Positions 1 through 8,779 of a stretch of 64,000 nucleotides of DNA are shown piece by piece. Position numbers and translations under genes: made by a program. Every line of letters starts with the position of its first letter. Within the stretch, counting starts at the first letter, position 1. The notes under the pieces are model-generated. The model had not been told where the DNA came from. It ran no database searches and saw nothing but the letters and a program-made list of their open reading frames with translations. Origin of the DNA: Candidatus Aldehydirespirator sp. (GTDB taxonomy: Bacteria; Actinomycetota; Acidimicrobiia; Acidimicrobiales; Aldehydirespiratoraceae). Where the stretch lies: the NCBI GenBank assembly GCA_965261105.1, contig CBDHCM010000006.1, positions 4,521,839 through 4,585,838 of the forward strand. The letters run 5' to 3'.

Positions 1-112
1 TGGCCGGATCCTCGTCGGCAAACATTCGCTCGAATGCCCACAGAGCAGTTCGTCGCTGGAAGTCCTTGAGGCCGGCCAGCACCGCGTCGACATCGATGTG
101 CTGTCCGGTCAT
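1..112 (-). CDS. helicase-related protein, N-terminal fragment (gene continues beyond window start)
   Basis: Own reverse-strand translation from ATG 112-110: MTGQHIDVDAVLAGLKDFQRRTALWAFERMFADEDPA, open to position 1. The ATG overlaps the TGA (111-109) of the upstream PLD gene (ATGA). L-K-D-F-Q-R-R-T resembles the Q-motif region opening SF2 helicases. Too short to be sure. Confidence 0.35.
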   Translation of the reverse strand, partial: MTGQHIDVDAVLAGLKDFQRRTALWAFERMFADEDPA

Positions 113-1917
113 TGGGCCGCCGCTTCGGTTGCGGCCACATCGTGGATCATCCTCCAGAATTCGGCGAAGCCCTCCGGCAACGCATTGTCGGTCGCCAGGT
201 CCGAGACGAGCGGGTGGAGTCCGTCGAGCTTCGCAGGGTCGCGTCGCATCGTCCTCAGCAGCTTCTCCAATACAGGTAGGTGCGCCGTGCTGGCCGCTTC
301 GGCGCCGGCGTCTGTGCTGACCCTGTCGATCGCGTCACGCAGTCCCATCTGTTCCGCGTCCTCGTTGAGAAGCGCTAGGAGATATCGAAGGAACCGCTCC
401 GCGCTCCCGATGAGCAAGCGCAGCAGGGAACGATCACGATTCTCTGGCATGCCGGTCAGCGGTACCGGCACGGCGAACTCGGTTAGTCCGCCCTCTCTGT
501 CAGTGAGTTCGAAGGCCAGAAAGCCGCTGATGGCTTCGAGACTGGTCTCGAAGCGAACCTCGAAGGGCTCACCTCCCGCTACCCGTCGTCGATGCCCGGC
601 CGATGAGAGCGGCCAGCAGTGAATCTCTGTGTGGTCGAGGACCGGCATCGACTCCTCCGACCGGTAAGTGATCGCCCATCCCGTGCCGCTCTCCTCGACA
701 GACCCCTCGAATCGAAGTCCGGCGATGGCGCGACGAGCGCGATCAAACAGCGATGTTCCACCCGTTTCGTCGCTCGTTTCGGCTCTGTGATAGTCGGTGA
801 ACAGGGCGCGGATGCCTGGCTCATCGTCGGTGCCATCGCAGAGTCGGTCGATGCCGAGAACTGCTGCGGATCCGATCAGTTCCACCAGGATCTCGACGTT
901 GTTGTCGAACGCGGCGCCGGTCGCGTTCGCGGACCCGAGGAATATGTGCGCTCGGCCCTCGTTCTCGAAGGCGAAGACCTTGGCGTGCAGTCCCACAAGG
1001 GGTCGGCCGGGATCCAGCGGCGACAGCCGTTCTTCGTCTGCTGCGAGGTCCGGCGCGCTTCCGTCGTCGAACGCATACGTCTCCACCACGTTCTCGAGTG
1101 TGTCCGGTCTGAGGAGGTCCAGGGACTCAGGTCTGCTGACGAGTTTGCCGACTTGTGCGGGATGCACCCTTGTGAAGAAGTCGTCGCTCACGAACGGTGA
1201 GATGATCAGCGAGCGCTCGACGGTCTCGGGCAGCGGCGAGCGGGTGCGGGTCAGGCCCAGGACGTGAATCTGCAGATTGTCAACACCCTCGGGTCGAGCG
1301 AACCGTGCGGTTTGCAGCGCCTCCGACAGCGACCGCACACGGTTTTGATGGGCTGTCGAGGCTGTGCCGACGCGGTTCTCCAAGAGTCCCTCAAACAGAT
1401 CTCCTACAGGCGCCAGCACGGCACCGGCCGGATCTTCCGCTTCGTCAAGGCGAACCACGGTGTCCCAACTCTCGTCGAATGTGAGATTCCGGCTCGTGAT
1501 GAGCACCCGCAGCCGCTGCTCTGGTGGTTGGCTCTCTGGCCGCTTGCCAACAGCCTCATATCGAAGTACCCACACCTTTGGGTGGACGATCCCGCCTCGC
1601 GGGGCCACCACCGGGACGATTGCCCGCTCAAGGAAGGCGAAGACCCGATGCGATCGAGGCAGCGCGATCTCGCCGACTTGGCTGAACACGGTGAGCTTGC
1701 TTGCGTGGGACCGCAAAGCGTGTAGCAGTTCGATGGACGGCTCGCGCGGGCCGCGTCCAGAGGTGTCCGACGATTCTGCGAATGCCAGTGCCGCGGGCGC
1801 GGCCAGGAGGGCCTGGAGGTTGAGAGTGAACGTCACAGCCACAGCCGATTCGAAGCGAAAGCCAACCGGGGGTCGCATGGCGTCGATCAGGGTGAGCCGG
1901 TTGGTGGGCTGAAGCAT
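109..1917 (-). CDS. phospholipase D-like (HKD) nuclease family protein
   Basis: Two HKD-type motifs: IVHPKVWVLRYE and LHAKVFAFENEGRAHIFLGSANATGAAF. Start placed at ATG 1917 (MLQPTNRL), which overlaps the stop of the upstream gene (TGATG). The track ORF runs 109..1974. Confidence 0.75.
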   Translation of the reverse strand: MLQPTNRLTLIDAMRPPVGFRFESAVAVTFTLNLQALLAAPAALAFAESSDTSGRGPREPSIELLHALRSHASKLTVFSQVGEIALPRSHRVFAFLERAIVPVVAPRGGIVHPKVWVLRYEAVGKRPESQPPEQRLRVLITSRNLTFDESWDTVVRLDEAEDPAGAVLAPVGDLFEGLLENRVGTASTAHQNRVRSLSEALQTARFARPEGVDNLQIHVLGLTRTRSPLPETVERSLIISPFVSDDFFTRVHPAQVGKLVSRPESLDLLRPDTLENVVETYAFDDGSAPDLAADEERLSPLDPGRPLVGLHAKVFAFENEGRAHIFLGSANATGAAFDNNVEILVELIGSAAVLGIDRLCDGTDDEPGIRALFTDYHRAETSDETGGTSLFDRARRAIAGLRFEGSVEESGTGWAITYRSEESMPVLDHTEIHCWPLSSAGHRRRVAGGEPFEVRFETSLEAISGFLAFELTDREGGLTEFAVPVPLTGMPENRDRSLLRLLIGSAERFLRYLLALLNEDAEQMGLRDAIDRVSTDAGAEAASTAHLPVLEKLLRTMRRDPAKLDGLHPLVSDLATDNALPEGFAEFWRMIHDVAATEAAAQ

Positions 1918-3143
1918 CAGGAATCCAGTCCGGCCGCGGCGATATCTAGGAGGTAGGCCTTGGTGGTAGTCCACCGAAAATCGAGCTGACCGCCAGATGC
2001 GAGCCCATTCCAGTTCTCCAGGGCGGTTCGGTGTGACAGTCGGGCGCGTTTGGACTTGAGTCGGAGTTCTCGGTGCCGGACCAGTGTGTGGCTCTCGGGA
2101 CTCGCTGCAAATTCATCCGGATCGGCCACGACCCGCCTGACCACTTCATTCACGAAGTCCTGAGTTCTCGTACTGATGGAGTAGTCGGCCAGAACGGCCC
2201 AGAACCCTGGAAGATCGGCTGTCCATGAAGACAGTTCGACATGCCGGCCCTTCACTAATTCGATCCAACTCTTGATCCGGTCGCGCTGGTCCTCTTCGAG
2301 TTCCTTCGTGTCCCAGCCAAGCTCGTCCCTCGCGTCTCGCGCCAGCAGCAGGTTGTAGACGAGTCGCGGTCCGAGAGTCACTTCCGAGAAGCAGCGGGCG
2401 TGGTGCATAACCTCGACGAGACGGTTCGGCAGGCTGTCTGTTCGCAGGTCCCACGGGAAGTCAACGTCGAGCGACAATCCCGGCATGGCCGACAGGACAG
2501 CCACCAGCGTGTCTGGGTGCCGTCGCCGGATGCCGTCGGTCAAGACCTGTGCCTCGTCAGGCTCAAGCTCGAAGGTGATGTTGCTTGACCAGAAGTCCTC
2601 GGGGGCCGCAGGAATAGCCGCCCACATCGGCACCGTTGGCTCCGTGGCGTTCCCATCGTCGTCGCGTTCGGGACGGAGTCGCCCCGGCGTGGCCGCTTGC
2701 TGTGCGTACTGAGAGATGCTCATATCGAGCCGCCTGACGCCCCAGGCCTCCATACTTCCCCAATAGATGTCGCTCGGCATTCGCCTGAGGTCTCGGCCCG
2801 CCACGCGGCCGATCACGCCATGGCCCCGCCCCAGGTGGCGGAGGCGGTCGACGAGTTGCGCCTCGGCCTCGCGGAGCTTGCGGGCGAAGTTGGCCGCCGA
2901 GACGCTCTGGGATTCGAGGCGTTGGAAGATCCACGGCAGGAAGATGAAGTAGCGCAGTCTGGTCTGGACGGTCGAGGTGCCCGGGCTGAGCAAGTCTGAG
3001 AAGGCATCGCGCACTGTGCCGAGTCCCAACACGTCGAGGGTGGAGGGTTCTTCGAGTGAGCGCAGCAGAGTGCTCACTCGCTCGGTTGCCGCCGCATCGA
3101 AATCAAGCCAACCCATCGAAGAGGCTGGCGCGTAGGTGCTCAT
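1917..3143 (-). CDS. conserved protein of unknown function, first gene of the PLD/helicase cassette
   Basis: 408-aa ORF with no motif I can name (GWLDFDAAATERV...STVQTRLRYFIFLPWIF). Its stop overlaps the PLD start. From memory, unknown + PLD + helicase resembles Azaca-type cassettes; unverified. Confidence 0.5.
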   Translation of the reverse strand: MSTYAPASSMGWLDFDAAATERVSTLLRSLEEPSTLDVLGLGTVRDAFSDLLSPGTSTVQTRLRYFIFLPWIFQRLESQSVSAANFARKLREAEAQLVDRLRHLGRGHGVIGRVAGRDLRRMPSDIYWGSMEAWGVRRLDMSISQYAQQAATPGRLRPERDDDGNATEPTVPMWAAIPAAPEDFWSSNITFELEPDEAQVLTDGIRRRHPDTLVAVLSAMPGLSLDVDFPWDLRTDSLPNRLVEVMHHARCFSEVTLGPRLVYNLLLARDARDELGWDTKELEEDQRDRIKSWIELVKGRHVELSSWTADLPGFWAVLADYSISTRTQDFVNEVVRRVVADPDEFAASPESHTLVRHRELRLKSKRARLSHRTALENWNGLASGGQLDFRWTTTKAYLLDIAAAGLDS

Positions 3144-3199
3144 CAGCTCAAGTCAAGCACCGTCCTACGACAGGCGGGACCGGAGACGCTATTGGCAGA

Positions 3200-3228
3200 C
3201 TGAATCATGATGTTTCATGATGATTCAG
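3200..3228. promoter_or_regulatory. imperfect palindrome in a divergent promoter region
   Basis: ctgaatcatgatg-ttt-catgatgattcag (12 of 13 arm positions complementary) in the AT-rich gap between the minus-strand cassette (start 3143) and the plus-strand HNH gene. Confidence 0.3.
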
Positions 3229-3264
3229 TAGTATTTGTCGCACCTCGGGTGTATAGTTACATGC

Positions 3265-4449
3265 ATGGAATTAACTGTGGATTCGGATCAGAGGCGAGGC
3301 GTTGGAGCGTGTGTCGCCGATGCCGAAGTGGGCTCATTGAGTGATGTCGAACTGCTTGAGCGGCTGGTGGAGCTGGGGCGGGAGCGGTGCCGGGTGGAGG
3401 GGCAGCTGGCTGAGACCGCGGCGGAGATGCACCGCCGCAACGGCGGCCGAGGCGCTGCTGCGTTGATGCGCGAGCGGCTCAACGTGTCGGCGCGGCAGGC
3501 CACTGCGGAGGTGGAGTTGGCCGCGTCGCTGGCCTCGGAGTTCCCCGCGACGCTGGCCGCTTGGCGTGCTGGGGAGATCACCGGGGGCCATGCCCGGGTG
3601 ATCGCCCGGGTGGCCGCGAATCCCGACCATGCTGATGAGCCGGCGTTGTTGGAGATGGCCCGCGGCTATCCGGTGGACATGTTCGCTCGCATGACCCGCC
3701 ACTACATGAGCCCCGGTACCTCCAGCGAGGAGCGCAATCACCAGCACCAGAACCGCTGGGCGTCGCTCATACAGGACCCCGAAGGATCCTGGCGGCTGTC
3801 CGCGTACTTTGACCACGACACCGGCAAACGCGTCAGCATCTCTCTCAACCAGATGGTGCGTAACTATCGCAACAGCGAGCGGAGCCACCAAGGTGTGAGT
3901 TCCCAACAGCGCCGCGCCGACGCCTTGGCCAACCTGATCACCGGCGAGGGCCCCCACCAGCGTCCCAAGGTCACGCTGTTGATGATCGCGGACTACGACA
4001 CCGTCACACGCGAGTTCCGCAACCTGCGCTATGACGACGGCCTGCCCGTATCTGTCGACCAGATTGCCAAGCTGGCCTCCGACGTCAAGATCCTGCCCGC
4101 CATCTTCGACGCCGAAGGGGACCCGCTGTGGCTGGGACGGGCCCAACGCGACGCCAGCGCTGGACAGCGCATCGTGTTGGCGGCCCGCGACGGCGGCTGC
4201 GTCAACTGCGGCAGCCCCGTCGAGCGATCCGAACCCCACCACATCGAATGGTTCAGTCGAGGCGGCTCCACCGACATCGACAACCTCGCCCTGCTGTGTG
4301 AAAGATGCCACCACCTCATCCACGACGACGGCTGGCAACTCCATCGCAACAACGGACAGCACCAACTCCGACCGCCAACACATCGGCCAGTCCAGTCAGT
4401 CAATGGCTCGGCTGCCCACCCGGAACAGAACCCCGTCCTCCGAACCTGA
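3265..4449 (+). CDS. HNH endonuclease, DUF222 / 13E12-repeat type
   Basis: C-terminal CVNCGSPVERSEPHHIEWFSRGGSTDIDNLALLCERCHHLIH is an HNH motif. Ala/Arg-rich helical N-terminal region typical of actinobacterial DUF222 proteins. Start moved to ATG 3265 (MELTVDS). Confidence 0.8.
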   Translation: MELTVDSDQRRGVGACVADAEVGSLSDVELLERLVELGRERCRVEGQLAETAAEMHRRNGGRGAAALMRERLNVSARQATAEVELAASLASEFPATLAAWRAGEITGGHARVIARVAANPDHADEPALLEMARGYPVDMFARMTRHYMSPGTSSEERNHQHQNRWASLIQDPEGSWRLSAYFDHDTGKRVSISLNQMVRNYRNSERSHQGVSSQQRRADALANLITGEGPHQRPKVTLLMIADYDTVTREFRNLRYDDGLPVSVDQIAKLASDVKILPAIFDAEGDPLWLGRAQRDASAGQRIVLAARDGGCVNCGSPVERSEPHHIEWFSRGGSTDIDNLALLCERCHHLIHDDGWQLHRNNGQHQLRPPTHRPVQSVNGSAAHPEQNPVLRT

Positions 4450-4495
4450 CGGTGGCCCTCCGCGTCTGTGGTCGAGACGCAGGCCCGTTCCGTGC

Positions 4496-5440
4496 TCAGC
4501 GGGTGAAGATGAGCTGGAACTCCATGATGCCGTGGTCCTCGACCGAGACGACTATGGGTGCGGTCGGGGCGGTGACGCCGTAGTCGCTGAACACCACCTC
4601 GCTGGATCCGACGGCCACGATGGTGTCGCCTGCCAGCTGGACTTGCAGGTCGAAGGTGGCACGGTTGGTGACCCCCTTGATGGTGAGGTCGCCGTGGGCT
4701 GATCCCGAGAGGGACTCTCCCTCGGCCATGCCGGCGGGGAGCTCCAGCGGCTCGGTGAGCGTGAACGTGGCCACCGGGAACTCGTTGGTGTTGAGAGCCC
4801 GGCGGACCTGGCCGTCGCGGCTTCCGTTGTCGGTTCGAAGCGTGGACATGGTCACTTCGACGGTGACCGCCACCAGCGCAGTGTCGGTCAGCTCGATCGA
4901 GCCCGACACATCTGCGGTGCGGCCCACCGCGGTGAAGTCACCGATGCGGCCGCCCAGCACCTCGTTCACCCGGAATCCCGCGAAGCTGACAACCGGCTCG
5001 CCCTGCAGGTCGCCAGCGTCATCGGCCACCTGGACGGCCCACACTCCGGCGAGGCCGCCGAGCGAGTCAGCTGTCTGACCGGCCGATGTCGTCTCGGTGT
5101 CCGTGTCGTCGGTACTGGCGGTCGCGGTGTCCGTGTCGTCGGTACTGGCGGTCGCGGTGCCCGTGTCCGCTTCGGTCTCGGTGGAGCCTGTGGCCGAGGT
5201 GTCGTCGTCGTTGCTGGATGTGGTGCCGACATCCTCGCTGTCGTCGGTGGATGCGCTGGCCAACGGCGTGTCGGCGCTGTCGTCGGTGGTCTCGGCCGCT
5301 TCGATCCGGGCCACGGTCGCCTCCAGATCGACAGCCTCGGGGGCCTCGTCCCGCGTCAAGACGTACAGCGCTACCGCCACCACAACCACCACAACCACGG
5401 CGATGGCTGTCCCCGCGATGGTCTTCGTCCGTTTACTCAT
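4496..5440 (-). CDS. YceI-family protein with N-terminal membrane anchor and acidic Thr/Asp-rich linker
   Basis: FAGFRVNEVL...LRTDNGSRDGQVRRALNTNEFPVATFTL...GDLTIKGVTNRATFDLQV fits the YceI domain. N-terminal helix IAGTAIAVVVVVVVAVALYVL. Confidence 0.75.
   Translation of the reverse strand: MSKRTKTIAGTAIAVVVVVVVAVALYVLTRDEAPEAVDLEATVARIEAAETTDDSADTPLASASTDDSEDVGTTSSNDDDTSATGSTETEADTGTATASTDDTDTATASTDDTDTETTSAGQTADSLGGLAGVWAVQVADDAGDLQGEPVVSFAGFRVNEVLGGRIGDFTAVGRTADVSGSIELTDTALVAVTVEVTMSTLRTDNGSRDGQVRRALNTNEFPVATFTLTEPLELPAGMAEGESLSGSAHGDLTIKGVTNRATFDLQVQLAGDTIVAVGSSEVVFSDYGVTAPTAPIVVSVEDHGIMEFQLIFTR
5095..5154. repeat. 2 x 30-bp tandem repeat inside the YceI linker
   Basis: ggtgtccgtgtcgtcggtactggcggtcgc occurs twice back to back, encoding the TATASTDDTD repeat. 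Confidence 0.85.
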
Positions 5441-5467
5441 GTGCTTGACCCTATGAGCGTCACTGAG

Positions 5468-5635
5468 TCAGTACTCGATGCTCGGGGCCCCACCCTGACA
5501 GTTGGGGCACTTGCATTCGTGGATATCGACCCCGTTCGCTCCGTAGCAGTACCCACCGTGCAGGCACTCCAACTTGTGCGCGTATTGGTTGTAATGGTCC
5601 CCGGGGCACCCACGCGTGCCATGGTTCTTCTGCAT
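5468..5635 (-). CDS. small Cys/His-rich protein (55 aa from the ATG; frame open up to 5707)
   Basis: MQKNHGTRGCPGDHYNQYAHKLECLHGGYCYGANGVDIHECKCPNCQGGAPSIEY. Six Cys ending in C-x-C-x2-C. Lies between hemL and the YceI gene on the same strand. No convincing SD. Confidence 0.3.
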   Translation of the reverse strand: MQKNHGTRGCPGDHYNQYAHKLECLHGGYCYGANGVDIHECKCPNCQGGAPSIEY

Positions 5636-5708
5636 GTTGTCATTCACGCTGCCGACTTGAGTCCAAGGCCCCGAACCGGAGCGGAGCTCCGCGTTCACCG
5701 ATGGCACG

Positions 5709-7001
5709 CTAACGGGTCATCTCTTGGGCGGTTTCGGCCGCGGCGGCCACGGTGGCCTCCATCTCGGCCTCGGTGTGGGCCAGCGACGGGAAGATGGCCT
5801 CGTAGGCCCCCGGCGCGAAAGCCACACCCCGGCGCAGCATCCCGTGGAAGAAGGGGGGATAGCGCCCGTTATCGGCAGCCTTGCGGGCCTCGTCGAAGTC
5901 GGCGGGGGCTTCCTCGGCGAAGAACAGGCCCAGCAGGGGGCCGACCCGGGGCACCACCGCTGCGATGCCGGCCGTCGAGAACGCCTCCTCCAAGCCCTCC
6001 TGCAGCGTCGCGGCGGTGGCCTCCAGCTGCCGGTAGGCGCCGTCGTCGAGCAGGCCCAGAGTGGCCAGGCCGGCGGCGGTGGCCAGGGGATTGCCCGACA
6101 GGGTGCCGGCCTGGTACACGCCGCCCAGGGGCGCCAGCCCCGACATGATCTCGGTCGAGGCCCCGAAGGCGCCGATCGGCAGCCCGCCGCCGATGACCTT
6201 GCCGAAGCACCAGATGTCGGGCTGCACCCCGAACCACTCCATCGCCCCGCCCCGGCACAGGCGGAAGCCGGTGATCACCTCGTCGAACAGCAGCAGGGCC
6301 CCGACCTCGTCGCAGGCGTCGCGCAGGCCCTGCAGGAAGCCGGGCTCCGGCGCCACCAGGCCCATGTTGGCCGCCACCGGCTCCACGCACACCACCGCCA
6401 CCGTCTCGTCGAGCTCGGGGACCACGTTGTAGGGGGCGACGATGGTGTCGGCCACCGCGCCCGCGGTCACGCCCTCGGATCCGGCCAGGCCCTGCTGGGC
6501 CACGCCCGAGCCCCCCGCCACCAACAGGGCGTCGCTGTGGCCGTGGTAGCAGCCCGCGAACTTCACCACCGTCGCGCGGCCGGTCACGCCCCGGGCCAGC
6601 CGCACCGCCGACATCACCGCCTCGGTGCCGCTGTTGGTGAGGCGCACCATCTCCAGGCCCCGCACCCGGGCGCACATCTCCTCGGCCATCAGCACCTCGT
6701 TGCGGGTGGGCGCGCCGTAGCTGGTGCCCCGTGACGCGGCCCGCTGCACCGCCTCGACCACCGCGGGGTGGGCGTGGCCGCAGATGCCCGGCCCGTAGCT
6801 CTGGACGTAGTCGATGTAGCGGCGCCCCTCGACGTCGTACACGAACGGGCCCGAGGCCTCGGCCACGAAGTACGGCGTGCCCCCCACCGACCGGAAGGCC
6901 CGCACCGGGGAGTTCACCCCGCCGGGGATCACCCGCTGGGCCCGCTCGAACAGCGCCTCGTTGGTGTCGGCGGTGTCGCGGCCGCTCGCCGGGGCGTTCA
7001 T
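5709..7001 (-). CDS. hemL: glutamate-1-semialdehyde 2,1-aminomutase
   Basis: MNAPASGRDT...RAQRVIPGGVNSPVRAFRSVGGTPYF...; 430 aa. ATG 7001 overlaps the hemB stop (ATGA). The 768-aa track ORF is an artefactual 5' extension. Confidence 0.95.
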   Translation of the reverse strand: MNAPASGRDTADTNEALFERAQRVIPGGVNSPVRAFRSVGGTPYFVAEASGPFVYDVEGRRYIDYVQSYGPGICGHAHPAVVEAVQRAASRGTSYGAPTRNEVLMAEEMCARVRGLEMVRLTNSGTEAVMSAVRLARGVTGRATVVKFAGCYHGHSDALLVAGGSGVAQQGLAGSEGVTAGAVADTIVAPYNVVPELDETVAVVCVEPVAANMGLVAPEPGFLQGLRDACDEVGALLLFDEVITGFRLCRGGAMEWFGVQPDIWCFGKVIGGGLPIGAFGASTEIMSGLAPLGGVYQAGTLSGNPLATAAGLATLGLLDDGAYRQLEATAATLQEGLEEAFSTAGIAAVVPRVGPLLGLFFAEEAPADFDEARKAADNGRYPPFFHGMLRRGVAFAPGAYEAIFPSLAHTEAEMEATVAAAAETAQEMTR

Positions 7002-7978
7002 TGCATGGCCTCGGCCAGCCGGCGGGCGAAGTAGGTGAGCACCACGTCGGCCCCGGCCCGGCGGATGGCGAGCACGTGCTCGAACGCCACCGCGTCGAGG
7101 TCGAGCCAGCCCCGCTCGGCCGCGGCGCACACCATGGCGTACTCGCCCGACACGTGGTACGCGGCCAATGGCACGTCGAAGGTGCGCCGGGCGGCCGAGA
7201 TCACATCCAAGAAGGCCAGCGCCGGCTTCACCATCACCATGTCGGCGCCCTCGGCCACATCCAGGCGGATCTCCTCGATGGCCTCCCGGGCACCGGCCAC
7301 GGCCTGCTGGTAGGTGCGGCGGTCGCCCCCGCCCGCGATGGTCACGTCGACCGCGTCGCGGAACGGCCCGTACAGGGCGGTGGCGTACTTGGCTGAGTAG
7401 GCGAGGATGGCGGTCTGCTCGAACCCGCCGCCGTCGAGGGCGGAGCGGATGGCGCCGACCTGCCCGTCCATCATCCCCGACGGGGCCACGACGTCGGCGC
7501 CGGCGGTGGCCTGGGCGAGCGCGATGCGGGCGTAGACCTCGAGGGTGGCGTCGTTGTCCACACCGCCGCGGCCGTCGAGCACGCCGCAGTGGCCGTGGTC
7601 GGTGTACTCGTCCATGCACAAGTCGGCGATCAGCACCATCTCGTCGGCGAAGTCGGAGCGCAGGTCGGCCAGTGCCACCTGCACGATCCCGTCGGGGTTC
7701 CACGCTTCCGAGCCGATGTGGTCCTTGCGCTCGGGCACGCCGAACAGCACCACCGCCCCGATCCCCAGGGCGTGCAGCTCGGCGACCTCGGCTCGCAGCG
7801 ACGAGCGGGTGTGCTGGAACTGCCCGGGCATCGAGACGATGGGCTGGGGCTCGTCGATGCCCTCGCGCACGAACAGCGGCGCGATGAAGTCGGCTGGATT
7901 GAGCCGGTGCTCGGCCACCAGCCGCCGCAAGGCGGGTGTGCGGCGCAGCCGACGCATGCGCCGCTGCGGGAAGTTCAC
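6998..7978 (-). CDS. hemB: porphobilinogen synthase (delta-aminolevulinate dehydratase)
   Basis: RRMRRLRRTPALRRLVAEHRLNPADFIAPLFVREG...MVKPALAFLDVI...AYHVSGEYAM; hem operon context. Confidence 0.95.
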   Translation of the reverse strand: MNFPQRRMRRLRRTPALRRLVAEHRLNPADFIAPLFVREGIDEPQPIVSMPGQFQHTRSSLRAEVAELHALGIGAVVLFGVPERKDHIGSEAWNPDGIVQVALADLRSDFADEMVLIADLCMDEYTDHGHCGVLDGRGGVDNDATLEVYARIALAQATAGADVVAPSGMMDGQVGAIRSALDGGGFEQTAILAYSAKYATALYGPFRDAVDVTIAGGGDRRTYQQAVAGAREAIEEIRLDVAEGADMVMVKPALAFLDVISAARRTFDVPLAAYHVSGEYAMVCAAAERGWLDLDAVAFEHVLAIRRAGADVVLTYFARRLAEAMQ

Positions 7979-7987
7979 TCTGCGAGG

Positions 7988-8779
7988 CTATCCAGCGCCT
8001 TCGGGCGCCAACCACGACCGGGCGTGGCGGACCAGTGCGGCGACCACCCCGTCGATGGTGTGCTCGGCGGCCTCCACCGTGACCTCCAGGCCGTGGCCGG
8101 CCGCGGTGGCCGAGGTGGCCGGGCCGATGGACGCCACCAGGGGCGGCACCGCATCAGCACCGACTTCGGCCACCATGCGGTTCACCGTGGACGACGACGT
8201 GAACACCACGCCGTCAGCGGCGGCCACCGCCCGCCGCTGCTCGTCGCTGAGCGGTGCGGCCACGTTGCGGTAGGCGGCCACGTCGAGCACTTCCCAGCCC
8301 GCGGCTCGCAGCCCGTCGGGCAGCACCGAGCGGGCCACCGCGGCCCGGGCCAGCACCACCAGGCGGCCGCGGTCGGTATCGGGGGCCGGGAAGGCTCGCA
8401 TCAGACCCTCGGCGATCGACCGGTCGGGCACCATGCGCACCGTCAACCCGGCCGCGACGGCCCGCTCCGCGGTGCCCGGTCCGATGGCCGCGACGTTGAC
8501 GCCATCGGACAGCTTCCCGGCGGCCGCCGCCTTGGTCGCACCGTTCGGGCTTGTGACCACCAGCCAGTCGCCGCGCTGCAGCCGCGCCAGCGCATCCTGC
8601 AGCGCGTCACCGCCGTCGGCGGGATCGGTGATGGCGATCACCGGAGCGCTGACCACCTCGGCGCCGGCCGCGGTCAGGCTGTCGACCAGGAGCTTGGCCT
8701 GCTCGCGGGGGCGGCACACCACGATCCTCAATCCGGCCAGCGGCTTGGGCGAATGAGGCCGGGCCTTCGGCGGGTTCAC
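7988..8779 (-). CDS. hemD: uroporphyrinogen-III synthase
   Basis: LAGLRIVVCRPREQAKLLVDSLTAAGAEVVSAPVIAI... with HemD-like two-lobe repeat. 4-nt overlap with hemC. Confidence 0.85.
   Translation of the reverse strand: MNPPKARPHSPKPLAGLRIVVCRPREQAKLLVDSLTAAGAEVVSAPVIAITDPADGGDALQDALARLQRGDWLVVTSPNGATKAAAAGKLSDGVNVAAIGPGTAERAVAAGLTVRMVPDRSIAEGLMRAFPAPDTDRGRLVVLARAAVARSVLPDGLRAAGWEVLDVAAYRNVAAPLSDEQRRAVAAADGVVFTSSSTVNRMVAEVGADAVPPLVASIGPATSATAAGHGLEVTVEAAEHTIDGVVAALVRHARSWLAPEGAG

Noticed and set aside
5709-8015. 768-aa ORF in the track that would fuse hemL to a long Arg/Gly/Pro-rich N-terminal region
   Set aside because: The first ~337 residues are an out-of-frame read across hemB on the same strand. 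hemL begins at ATG 7001 with a canonical N-terminus and ATGA coupling to hemB.
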